From NCBI GenBank assembly GCA_000388065.2, contig KB932201.1: a stretch of DNA of 40,739 bases; one strand, 5' to 3'. A program made the translations under genes and the position numbers. This document shows, one piece after another, positions 18,540 to 30,765 of the stretch. Within the stretch, counting starts at the first letter, position 1; each line of letters begins with the position of its first letter. The notes beneath the pieces are model-generated. The model had not been told where the DNA came from and did no database searches. It saw only the letters and a program-made list of their open reading frames with translations. Source of the stretch: Fonticula alba ATCC 38817. Taxonomy: Eukaryota; Protista; Nucleariida.

Positions 18540-21500
18540 TCAGATGTCCGAATGCGTCTCGGGCTCGGTCGGGGGGAAATCTTCCTCCGGTGGCCAAATG
18601 AGGGTGCGCACATCGGTGATGGTGTTCATCTGTGCCGCGCAGCCAATGATAACTGAGTTCGGATGCGAGCCGATGATCGTGCGCTCGGGGTCAAGGCCAA
18701 ACTTGTTGAAACACAGCAGGACCTCATGCCCGGAGCCCAAGGAGGAGGACGAGGACGAGGAAGAAGAGGAGGAGGCCGCGGCCGCGCTCGCGGCCATTTC
18801 GCTGGGAGCATCTGGTGCGTCGTGCTCGGCGCCGCCCTCGGCACGCGATGAAGAGGAGGAGCTCGAGCCACCCTTGCGGATGCTGGCCAGGAAGCGGGAA
18901 CTCCGCAGGAAGCCGGAGGAAGAACTAGAGGCGCCGGCGCCTCCGGTACTCGTGGGGTCACTCCCGGCGACATTCGGGTCTTCGGCCTTGGCCAAGGATC
19001 CCAGGGAGCCAAGCCCAACGGCCGTCGGCACCGCATGGAGGATGGCCCCGCAGAGGATCAACGCCCGGGCCAGAGCCTCGGCCTGGCGCAGGGGGATCGG
19101 ACGACCGAAGGAGGCTGGCGAGCCGGCCGGCGCATCGGCGGCCGGCGGCGCACCAAACTGCCGCAGCCACTGGACAAGCTCCTTCGCCCGGAAGACATAC
19201 TCGTAGGTCGAAGAGGAGGCAGTCCCATTCGAATCGCCGGAGGAAGCCCCGGAACCACCGCCCCCGAGCAGGTGGTTCACCTTGGCCGCGGTGGATCGGA
19301 CAATGCTTCGCCCGGAGGAGGGCTTCTTGAAACGGGCATGGACCTTGAGACCACCGCCGCGGGCTCCGGCCGGCAGGCCAGCCCCCCGGGGGAGGGCATT
19401 GGTCACGCCATTGTCGCGCAGGCGGTTCAGCAGTTCCAGCAGATCGACGGACTCCTCATCGACCACAGACAGGCTCATGCTGTCCAGCAGGGCATGTGAA
19501 GGGATCAGTTTCAGGATCGACGGATAGGCCACAATGTGCGCCGCCGAGGATGGTGAGGTCGGCGCAATCTGCACGTGAGCCAGCGACCGGACGATCTGAG
19601 TCGCTTCGCGCGTGGTGATGTCACCGAAGACGAGGTTCGAAGTGTCACCATCAAACTCGAAGCTGAGATGAAAGGGGGGGGGGGGGGGGGGGCGGNNNNN
19701 NNNNNNNNNNNNNNNNNNNNNNNNNNNNNNNNNNNNNNNNNNNNNNNNNNNNNNNNNNNNNNNNNNNNNNNNNNNNNNNNNNNNNNNNNNNNNNNNNNNN
19801 NNNNNNNNNNNGAGAGAGAGAGAGAGAGAGAGAGAGACGAAACCAAGGGGAGAGGGAGGAGAGGCGGATCGCGTTAGAAGGCGGAGGACCAACACAGCAG
19901 GAAGCCACAGGGCACAGGGCGCCGGCGGCAAGGCAATAGACCCAGACAAGTGGCGCGCACCCCTTGCAAAGTTCGTAATTCAGCGAGCCATCGGTCTGGA
20001 AGATGGCCGGGCCCAGCTGGGCCTGGCTCGTCTCGAAGTGGTACACCCGATGCAGGTCACGGACGATCTTCACCCGCGAGGCATTGGGATCCGGCCCAAG
20101 GGGCATGTCTACAAAGCTGGCCAACGGCGGCAAGAGGGCCGGGTCGACACCCGGAGGCAGGTTGCTCCCGGGGGCGCCCGGAGCAGGGGCCCCCGCGGCT
20201 GTGGTGGCCGCTGTCGGGGCCCCGGCAGCACGCGACGAACTGCCCCGCCGCTCCAGCGAGGCAGCCAACGACTCGGCCGGGGTCTGCCGAGCAGTGGCCC
20301 ACCACTCGAAGAGGACCGGCAGCGGCTCATTCGGGAAGCGAGCCCGCCAAACGGACGACTCCAGTGCCGAGGAGTCCAGCTCCGAGGGGGGAAGGGCACC
20401 GGTGGCAGGCAGCCCCGCGGTGGCGGTCGCCGGCTGGAAGAAACAGCCCGTTCGGCCGCACACCTCGCCATAGCACCCGAAGCAGGATGTGTTGGGCCCC
20501 GCCGACCCCAGGGGGAAGCCATACGGATTGGACCCGAGCGGCACGGCGTTGAAGCTCATGGCCAGGATGGGACCGGCATTGGCGCGCACGGCATCCGACA
20601 GCGAAACCACCGAGGTGGAGAGCGGCGCGCTGGCCACCAGCCCCGAGGCAGACCCGGCCACCAAGCTGCCGGCCGGCACCGAGTCACTGAGCATCAGGCT
20701 GCTGCTGGCACCGGAGCTGGCAGCCTGGGCTCCGGGGGTCGGTGACGGGGGGGCCGGCATGGTGTCATAGTCGGAGTGGACATCACCCGGACCCGAGGAG
20801 GAGGAGGAGGAGGAGGAGCATGCCGCCGCAGCACCAGCAGCAGCAGCAGCCCCATGACGCATGGACAAGGCCAGGGGCGGCGGCGACGTGGCCATCGGAG
20901 ACTGCTGTCCGGTGGCCGCGGCCGCGGCCGCGGCCGCGGCAGTGGCGGCCCCCGCGGCATCAACAGCCAGTGGCTTCCGAGAGGGAGGGGGCGCGGTGGT
21001 GCTGGCGGCACTTCCGCCACCGGGCAGCGCAACGGACGAGGAGGATGCGGCCGCCAGATGGTCCTCGAGGCTGACTTCCGGAGGCCGAGTGCTTTCGGAC
21101 ACCAGCATCGAGGAGGTCCGAGAGAGGGGATAATCCCGCAAGCGGACATTGTGGAAGATGAAGAGCTCATGACAATGGGTGATGAGCAGCTCACACAGGC
21201 GCAGCGAGAAGGAAGCTGCAATCTGATTGCGCTTGAGGCGCTCCTCCACCGAGCCGGACGAAGCGGACTCCAGCGACCGGACGAAGTTCGGCGCAAAGAC
21301 CACCGCCAGATTCCGCGGATGCATCAGATTGCCGGCCGGACCATCCGCATGCAGGGACACCTTGCGCAGGAAGAGCAGCAGGGCATTCAGCAGATCGCGG
21401 TTGGTCGGCGGGAGCAAGGACAAGAGAAGCTGCAGGGCGCTGAAGCGCCGGCGCGCGTCGGTGAGACCTGGAGAGGCGGTGCAGCCGCCGGGAGAGATCC

Positions 21501-24370
21501 CGACAGAAGGGAAGCCAGCGGGAGAGGGAGCCGGATGAGTGTGGGCAAGTGAAGGGGATGACGCCGGCGGAAGGGGCGCAAGAAACGAGGACAAGGAGCA
21601 GGAACAGGAGGCAGCGATGCATGAAGCCGGCAGACGCACACATGGCCTGGACAAAGAGCCCCTGTAGCCGGGGAGTGAGGATTGGGTCGGGCAACTCGCG
21701 GATGTACCGCTTCAGGACGGCGGCCACGTCATGCACCTGGAAGCCACCGGCCGTGAAGTCCACCGGCGCCTGGGGGCGCGCGGCGAAAAGCTCAGCCAAC
21801 TGGTTGGACCGGCGCTGATTGCCGGCCTCACGGAAAAGGCCCCTCGTATGCAGGCCATTCTTCTCCAGGAAGGACAGGCACTGCTCCATCAGGAAGGGAA
21901 CCCGGAAGTTGGACCCACTCTCCAGGAAATACCAGGCCGGGCACTCGCGGGTATAGGCCTCAAGACAGATGCCGATGGCGCCGTAGCCACCGCCATGGCC
22001 ACCGCTGCTGGAGGCCCCGTGGCCACCGGCCGCCGGTGGCGACCGGGCCTCATGGATGGAGGGAGACCCGCCGGCCGAAGGCCCAGCTGAGGGGGCCCCC
22101 CTTATGGCGCCAGGCCCCGAGCTGGAAGAGCCATGGCTGCTGCCACCACTGCCGCCGCCGCCGCTGCCGCCGCCGCTGCCGCCGCCGCCACCGGAGGAGG
22201 AGGACGAGGACGAGGAGGAGGAGGAGGAGGAGGAGGACCCGCTGACCGAGTCACCGTGCTTGTAGAACTTCGGGTGCGAGCCATGGCCACCGCCGCTGCC
22301 ACTGCTGCCCCCAGGATGGGAGACAGAAGGGGGAGCCGCCGTGGGCCCGGCCATGGAGGGGGCTGCTGCCTTGGGCGGGGGCACAGGGCCAGGCTCCGAG
22401 CCAGTCGACGCTGCCCCGGAGGAGGGCTCGCCCGTGTCCGAGGTGGCTCCGGCGGCGGCGGCGGCCGAGGCCGCCACCGGTGCCGCCGAGGCGATCTGCG
22501 ACACAAGCTCCGAGTCGGCCCCCTGCAGCTCGGACAGGGTAAGAGCCCCGGCTGAGGCGGCTCCCGGCGGCCCGGTACCGGGAATCAGGCATGCCCGAAC
22601 GACGGCCGCCTCGCCGAGCAACTCCACAATCCGACACTCGGCCAGGCGATTGTAAACCTCCTTTTGCTGTGGCCCAGGGCGAGAGAATGACCGAATGGAT
22701 GGGGCAGCAAAGGGGGGGGGGGAGGAAGGGAGGAAGCGATCAAACGTGTGAGCACACGGACAGGAAAGCCAGTGAGGGGGTGGTGATCCATACACCGGGT
22801 GGTATGGGGAGGGGGAGGGGGAGGGGGGGGGAGAGAGAGAGAGAGAGAGGGCAGTAGAGCAGAACAGAGGGACAAAGAGAGGCAACAAGGGGAGCAGCAG
22901 GGCGGCGATGCCTTGGTGGGCAGACGTACCCGGCGGTTCAGTCGGACAAGCAAGTTGTTGCCCATGCCACGGTACACGGAGTTGTATGTCTCCATGGGGA
23001 TGACGGCACCGAAGTCCGAGAAGAGATTGGCCGCGGCCAGGGAGCTCTCCACCAGGGACCCGGCCCCGGGGCCGGAGAAGGCCGCCGGGGGCGAGGAGGG
23101 AGGCATGGATCGCGGCATGGAGGAGCTCAGGGCCGCGCTCAAACTGGAGCAAGAGGTACTGGAGGAGATGGACCCGGCACCGGAGGCGGACGAAGCCGCG
23201 GACATGGAGCTGAAGCCGCTGTGCACGGAGCTGGCCGATGAGGTGGACCGAACCATGGCATTGCTGGCGACCGAGCCGGAGTACTGGCTTGACAGGCCGG
23301 GCGTGGAATGGATGCCACCAATGGTGCCATCGCTGGCCGTCGACGAGGACAGATGGCCATCCTCACTGTCGGAAGTGGTGGCAATGAGCTCCGAGGAGTC
23401 GGTCGTGTCGGACCCGATGTCCGGATCCATGGCCTGGAAGGAGCGGAACTCCGCACTGCGGGCTTGCTCATTGTCGGTGAATGTGTGGGGCGTGTGGAAC
23501 CACAGGATGAGGGTACGCCCATCGCCGTCGACCAGCGAGCTATCCTTGGTGGGCTTCATGATGCGCACATAGGGCAGGGGGATCTGTGTTTGCGGCGAAA
23601 GAGGAGAGAGGATGCCGGGGAGAAGGGCGAGGGGATCCCAGTGAGTCAAGGATGAATGGGTGCGAGCATTAGGGGGGGCCGGGGGGCGGGCGCGGAGCCA
23701 GGGCGCGGAGCCAGAGCGCGGGCGTACCTTGTGCTGGGGCCGCGCGCGCAGGCCAGGGTCCATGTACAGCACCGGCCGGGTGTCGAGATAGCGCGAGAGG
23801 GCCTGAAAGACCTCGAAGCGGAAGAGGGCCTGCCGCTCGGCCTGCAGGCGGTCCCGGCGGGTGGAATCCAACAGGGCAATGGCCTTGCGCTTGGAAAGGG
23901 CATCGGCAATCGCGTCGGTATAGCGCTTCTGGAGCAGCTCCGTGGCGTTGGCCGTGGCGGCCGCCGAGCGGGAGGCCTGTGCCGCGCGTCGGCGGCTGGA
24001 GATCGGAGCGGCGGTTTCCTGGGTGGCAACCACTGTGTATGTGTTTGCAGGGCCACGTGTCAGGCGGGAGGCATAAAGATAGACATATATGCATACGTGC
24101 ACAGAAGCAAGGCGAGGAAGGGGAGGGCGGGGCGGGTGGGCAAACAGAGGCATGCGCACGTTGCTTGATGAGGTCGAGTGGCGACACGCCGTCGATGTTT
24201 GGCCGGTTGAGGTACGACCCCTCCAGGACCAGCAGACCAACAATGTCCGGGCTCTAGGGAAAAGGTAGAGAGAGAGAGAGAGAGGGAGAAAGAGAGGAGG
24301 AGAAGGAGGCGCACAACCGGATGGCACATCATAGGGTCAGTGCGAGCACGCGGGGTCGGATAAGAGCGAG

Positions 24371-24416
<46 letters not shown>

Positions 24417-25022
24417 CGAGGGGAATAGGAGGGTCGGACCTTGCCATGACTGATGGCCAGGTGGATGGGCAGGTTACGGCCGGCGTCCTGGGCATTGACC
24501 GGCGCGTGGCATCGCAGGAGCAAGCGACAAATGTCGAGACGCCCACTCTGCGCGGCCAAATGCAGGGGCGTCTTGCCTGTTGGGTTGGACGCCGCGCGCG
24601 CGCGGAGGAGATGGAGATAATCACAGGAGGGGAGGAGCGAAGGCAAATGCAGGAGCGACATGGGTAAGCGGGAGCGCGGCGAGAAAGGGAAGGCACGCGG
24701 TGGCACGCACCGTCATAGCGGGGGGCGCTCGGGTCGGCGTGGGCCATCAGCAGCAGCATCACCACCCAATGGTGGCCCCGCTCGCACGCCTTTTCGACAT
24801 GGCGCAGAAGCCAGAAGAGGAATGACAGGGAACGCATGTGAGTTGGAGATCGTCGGATGCAAGGGGAAAGGCGCCAAAAAGGAAGGAATCCCCATGGGGC
24901 ACACGCACAACATGGAGGGCTGACGATTGGGACTCGGTGTCGAGAGTGTCAACCCGCCGGCCGGTGCGCACGATCTCCAGCAGGAGGGCTGAGAGGTTGC
25001 CATCGGCGGCATGTTGGTGCAT
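18540..25022 (-). CDS. Ankyrin-repeat, RhoGAP and DEP domain protein (~1679 aa; 5' end tentative)
   Basis: Exons 25022-24909, 24789-24711, 24576-24440, 24253-24160, 24032-23728, 23583-22930, 22666-21640, 21467-19961, 19662-18540 total 5040 nt. ANK motifs: SALHVACERGH, KTPLHLAAQSG, NLPIHLAISHG. RhoGAP motifs: VPFLMEQCL, GLFREAG (arginine finger), LKRYIRELPDPIL, NLMHPRNLAVVFAPN. DEP-like motifs: GLKVHARFK...YVFRAKELVQWL...QAEALARALILCGAILH. One intron spans an N gap. Confidence 0.85.
19696..19811. other. Assembly gap (116 N) within last intron of ANK-RhoGAP-DEP gene
   Basis: N run between poly-G and (GA)n. Confidence 1.
24374..24413. repeat. (GA)n microsatellite in ANK-RhoGAP-DEP intron 3
   Basis: About 20 GA units read directly. 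Confidence 0.9.
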
Positions 25023-27495
25023 CTTTCACAAGCGGCCGGGGTGGGAAGAGGCTCCACTGGGGGGCGCCCCGAGGGGGGGGGGGGGAAGGGGGGCGGGGAG
25101 AACGGGACTGCGAGCGGGCTGGGAATGCCAACAGGGGTGGTTCTGTGGTGGATGCTGGATGGAAGAGGACGCTCCGGGAGTCCGGCGACAGAGATCCGGA
25201 CTTGACGACGATAGGGGGACGGGGGAGGGAGGGGCGGGGGAGGGAACCTCTGCGCGGAGGCGATCAAGGGAAAGGGCAGGCCGTGATCCCGGGAGAGTAC
25301 ACGAGAAGGGAGGCCGGGAGGCACAATGGGACAGTTAGAAGAGGCTGGCCAAGGGGAGACGAGGCCCATGAGGGAAAAGAAAGTTCATATGCGTGTGGAC
25401 GTACACGTGCGCGTGGCGATGCTGGGACGAAGCACGAAGGGCAGGGGCCCGAAGGAGGGGAGGAGAGAAGCAGATGCCACAAGGGCAAGAGGGGGGAGAG
25501 AAAAGGAAGAAGAGGAAGAAGAAGAAGAAGGGGCGACGAGGCGAGGGGGGAGGGGAGGCGGGGGAAGGGGGGCTCGGCGCGAGAAGGGGGGTGCTAACCG
25601 CGTGGGGAGGCGGAGCGCCGGTCGCGATGGCCGCACTTCACGGGGAGGGGAATTCCACCAGGCCCAGGCCCAGGCCCAGGCCGAGTGTCCTCGTGTCCGC
25701 CGCACAACCACCGAGCGCAAGTGGGGGGGATCTACCGCCGGTGGGAGGCGAAGCCGCCGGGATCGAGCCCCGAGCCTCGCTCCCAAACCCGCCCGTCCCC
25801 TTCCCAGCAGTGAATGACACATGTGAGGGCGTTCGGCCCGGGGGGGGCGAGGGGCGCCTTGGCCAGTGTGCTTCCCTGCCCAGCGCCCCTCCCCCCCCCC
25901 CCCCCCCCCCCCCCCCGGGGGGGCAGGGGAGGGCTTGCCTGGCCGGGGTCGGGACGTGCTCGGAGGTCCGGGCAGAAGCCCGAATGTGGCCGCAAGGGAC
26001 GAGAACAAAAAAAAAAAAGGGCCGAAGCACATGGGGCGTGGGAGGGGAGGAGGGGGCGGGGGAAGCCGCCATTGCTTGGTCGGGGAGCCGGGCATCTCCC
26101 CGGCGCTCGCGCGGCGTCGCCGGCCGGCGCTCGTTGGGCACGAGGCGGCTCGCTGGCGGGTTAAACAAGAGCCCCCGCGGCCGAGATTGCGTCCCCGGGG
26201 CAGGCGGCGTCGGAACGGGCGCTCCCCCATCGGCCCGTCCGTCCGTCCGTCCGCGCGCGCGCGCGGCGCCATGGGTCGTCGGCGACGAATCTAGCAGGGA
26301 GCCCTGGGGGGGGTGGGCGCATGTTGGCCGGCAAGTGCGCTCGCTCCCTTCCTCCCAAGAAGGGGCCGTGTATGTGGACGGTCCGGTCCCCCTTCCTCGC
26401 CCCCCGGCCCCTGGCCGGCTTTCCCCCGGTCCCGGGGTGGTTGCCGTCGTCGCCACGAGCCGCCTCGGTGCAAGGTGTGGCCCGATCCGCCGACCGCCGG
26501 GCCCAGCCGACATTCGGGCGCCGCGAGTGTCGGACCAGGCGACGAGCACGGATCAAGCGGCATCCATGCGCCGGCTCGGGGCCCTGTTGCCGCGCCCCCC
26601 GTTCGCCCCGCCCCTGCTGGGCACAGCCGCTCCCGAGGCCGGGGCAAATGTGTGTGCCCAGCCTCAAGCATGCTCCTGGCCGCATGCGTCAAACATCTGC
26701 CCCCGATCAACAAAGTGCCGGCGAGCATGCGGCCGGGGCTACGAGCACCGAGACGCAGGGGGCGGGGGGGGGGGGGGGGAGAAGCCCGGGCCACAGTTTG
26801 CCCCTCCTTGCGGCCGGGCGCGCCAGGCGCAAAGGCACACCGGCACGCCTGCACGCGGAGCCGCCCCCCCTCCGGAGGACAGGGAGAAGACAAGCACAGA
26901 GAGGTCCGGGGGGGGGGGGCCGGGGCGGGGGAATGGCCTAAGCGACACGGCGACCCTTGGTGCGCGCATGCACGCGCAGACGCGAGGGGCTCCCCGGCAG
27001 ACCCCCCCCCCCCGGTGCCCCCGGCCGCCCACCCGGCCGCCCGCCCAGAGGCACGCACCGGCACCGAGGCCTCGCGGAGGATGATTAAGTGCCCCTGCCG
27101 AGGCCGGTCGAGCCCCGGGCCGGCCCTGCTCAACGGCGCGCCTCATCCCACACCGAGACGGCGGGCGGGGGAACTCGTGCGGCGCAGGGGGCGCCCCCCC
27201 CCCCCCCCCGGGAATGCTTGTGCCAAGGCTGCCGCGCCCCAGGGCAAGAATGCCACGTTCCCCCGCCCCTCCGGGGAAGGGGCGGGCGGAGCCCCTCTTG
27301 CCTCCGCCGAAGAGACAAGGCGGGAGACAGCCACAGAGAGGACCGGGAGAGGCAGGGCAAACACGGGGGTGTGCGGGCGGCCGCGCGGTCCGGCCTCTAG
27401 CCGGGGGCGGGGAGGGCCAGGCAGAGGCGGCAACTTTCTCCCCCGAGCCAAGCTGCCACCACGAGGAAGCAGTCCCGTCCCCCCCCCCCCCCCCC

Positions 27496-27775
27496 NNNNN
27501 NNNNNNNNNNNNNNNNNNNNNNNNNNNNNNNNNNNNNNNNNNNNNNNNNNNNNNNNNNNNNNNNNNNNNNNNNNNNNNNNNNNNNNNNNNNNNNNNNNNN
27601 NNNNNNNNNNNNNNNNNNNNNNNNNNNNNNNNNNNNNNNNNNNNNNNNNNNNNNNNNNNNNNNNNNNNNNNNNNNNNNNNNNNNNNNNNNNNNNNNNNNN
27701 NNNNNNNNNNNNNNNNNNNNNNNNNNNNNNNNNNNNNNNNNNNNNNNNNNNNNNNNNNNNNNNNNNNNNNNNNNN
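27496..27775. other. Assembly gap (280 N) in divergent intergenic region
   Basis: N run flanked by poly-C. Confidence 1.
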
Positions 27776-29247
27776 CCCCCCCCGGCGCCCGGCACAATCC
27801 CCCAGCCCCCAGACCCAAGAGCAGGCCGCCGTGCCTTTTGTCGGGCCCTGCTCGCCTGTCATCCATCGCCCTCCCCCCCCTGGGGGGGGGGGGCGGGGGC
27901 CAGCAGCGTGTTGTGCACGCCGGGGCCCACTGGCATATGCCTGCCATGTGCGTCTCGGCCCCCCGCCACGGGTGGAGGCGCTCGAGAACCGTCCGCATGC
28001 GTCCCCATTCGTGTCCGTCTGCCAAAGCACCGCCCACCCAATCCACGCCGCGAAAGAATTTATTACCCGCCGGCGGCCACGACCTTCCGCATATTGGGTG
28101 CGGATGGGAGTTCCACATTCCACCCGTTCACAGGCCGCCTCGTTGCCCGAGACAGTGGCATTCCTTCCGGCCGGCCTTCCCCCTAGGTGCCCTCCGTCGG
28201 GGTGGGGGCTCGCCGAAGCCCGGCGCATCACCCGAGGCGCCGAATGACACACAACCACATCATCCTTCCTCACATCGCGGCACTTGGCGGGCGTCCCCCC
28301 CCCCCTCCCCCCGCGCCCCCATGGCCGTGGTGTGGAATTTGACCGCCCAGTCTGCATCCTCTCCTCCCCGACACAGCCGCGAGGGAGACCGACCCATGCC
28401 GGCAGGCACCGGGGCAAGTGCACCGCGCCCGGCGCCCGCCCCGCCCCCCCCCTCCCCCCGAGCGACTGGGCAGCCTGAGGTACGCGTAAACTTGCCCCAA
28501 GCGCCCCAGGTCGGACGCAGTGGGGCCTTCTTGCGCCCGGCGCGGCCCCGGGGCGGCCAGAACGCCCCGCGACCGGGTGCGTTGTCACAGGACAGGGGAG
28601 CCCCGGGGCCGGGCCCGGCGCATGGTGGTTGGGCCACAGCACCCCGGGACTGGCCGCGAGGCTTGCCCCTTGCCCACCGCCCCCCCCCCCCCCCCCGCTG
28701 GTGCGCGCCACACGCCACCCGGGGGTACCGGCCGCCGGAGTTGCCCCCTACGCGCCCAGGTGGGCCTTCCTCTCAGTTACATGTCGATTAACAACAGAGC
28801 ACGCGGCCGGTGTAACTCTGAAAGCGCGCCAGTTTGCGCCGGTAGCGCCACAGGTTGCTCCCGCGTCGCTCGGGTGCCGCCTCTCGGTCCGGTGGTACGC
28901 CCCTTGCTGCTGCTGCTGCTGCTACTGCCACACCTGGCTGCGATCGATCTGCCTGGCGCACCGCGATTCGCTGCCCTCTTTGGGCCCAGGCGCCAGAGAG
29001 ACGCAAGACCGAACGGAGCATGGGGGGACGGCCGGCGGAGAGACGGGCCCCCGATCAGGGCCGATCTGGCAGCCCCGGCCGCCTCCGCCGCAGCACCGGC
29101 CGAGTAACCTCCTTCCGCTCGGCAGTGGTGTCTGGCCTCCTCGATCCGTGTCCGCGATTGTGTGGGGTCTCCCCGGATTTGGGCCGGGCGGGGGAGGGAT
29201 CGACATTTCCGGGGGCAGCCTGCGCCCTGCGTGGCCCGGCGCCATTT

Positions 29248-29249
<2 letters not shown>

Positions 29250-29283
<34 letters not shown>

Positions 29284-29285
29284 CC

Positions 29286-29319
<34 letters not shown>

Positions 29320-29342
29320 ACTCCCCCCCCCTCCCCCCCCCC
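29250..29342. repeat. Near-pure poly-C tract (88 of 93 nt C) ending 29 nt before RecQ ATG
   Basis: Read directly; includes a 31-nt pure C run at 29250-29280. Confidence 0.9.
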
Positions 29343-29371
29343 GTGGTTGCCCTTTTGCGAGAAGGTGCCCC

Positions 29372-30717
29372 ATGAGCGTCGCGCGATACTCTGCGGCCTA
29401 CTCGTCCTCGGCGCCGGCCGACGAGCAGGTCATCATCCTGGGGGACTCGCCGTCGGAGCTAAAGCGCCCGCTTCTCTCGGCCGACTCGACCCCCGGGCTG
29501 AGCAAGCGCCCCCGGGCCGAGCCCCCCTACCAGCCCCTCTCGCAGGCCTTTCTCCCACCGCAACGGAATCTCCTCGGCAGCCTGGACAACGCCTCGCCGG
29601 AGGAGCTGGCCGCGCGCCTCCAGGCCCTCAGATGTGTGCGCATCGACCGGGCCGCTGCCGCGGCCCTCTCCGATGCCCAGCTCCTGGAGCACCGGTCCCA
29701 GCTGCTAGCCGCACGGGCCTTCATCAGCGATGTCATTTGCGCGGCAGTCGAAGCCGCCCCTTCAACAGGTGGCGGTAGCTCGGCCAGCGCGTCGCGCAGC
29801 ATCCCGCAACCGGTCGCCGGCCTGATCGCCTGTCGGTGCGTCATGCCCTCTCCCACGTCAATTTCTTTCTTCCTCTCTCTCTCTCTCTCTCTCTCACCTC
29901 ATGTGTGCATCTTCTCCCACCTTTTCCGCCCCTTACCTGCATGCACGTGTGTATGGCTCTCCCTCCCCCCTCCAGCGAGCAAATCGTCCGAGCCCTGTCC
30001 TTCATCTCCTCGACCTCCTTTCAACGTGGCATGTCCCTCGATGTGGATGACGGCCTCCTCTGGCAGTCGGTCCTCGGCAACACACCGGAGGACGACTGGA
30101 CCGAGAGTGCCCTTTCCTCGCCGAGCTCCGCCCCGAGCATGGAGACTTCGGCACACACCTTCACCAGTACCGAGGAGCTGGTCCAGTTCCGTCGAAGCGA
30201 CTTCTCCTGGACCACACGCTTGGGCTTGGTCTTGCGAGATGTCTTCGGGTTGCGGGAGTTCCGGAAAAACCAGTTCGAGGCCATCAACGCCACACTCTCT
30301 GGCCGTGATGTCTTTGTGCTGATGCCCACCGGCGGCGGAAAGTCCCTCTGCTACCAGGTATGCCAGGGTGCCTTCCTCTCTCCCTCTCCCTCTCTCTCCC
30401 TCTCCCTCTCTCTCCCTCCCTCCCTCTCCCTCTCCCTCCCTCTCTTTCTCTCCCTCTCCCTCCCCCCCCTCTCTCTCTCTCTCAATCGCCCTCTCCTGGC
30501 CACATGCGCACTTACTTCCCCTTTTCTCGCCTCCATCCCGAGGCAGGCCCCCGCGCTCTGCGGCGAGGGGACCACGGTTGTGGTGTCTCCCCTGCTGTCG
30601 CTCATTCAAGATCAGGTGTCCAGCTTACAGCGCCTCCGGATTCCGGCGCTCTTCCTGATTGGCAGCATGACCAGCGAGTCGCGCACATTTGTCACCCGTG
30701 GTACGCAGATACCCACC

Positions 30718-30765
<48 letters not shown>

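Noticed and set aside
9446-27775. N runs as biological features
   Set aside because: Assembly gaps, all next to homopolymers or microsatellites.
28501-28527. CCAGGTCGGA resembling SRP RNA helix 8
   Set aside because: Lacks the GNRA loop and downstream AGCAG pairing; no Alu or S-domain context.
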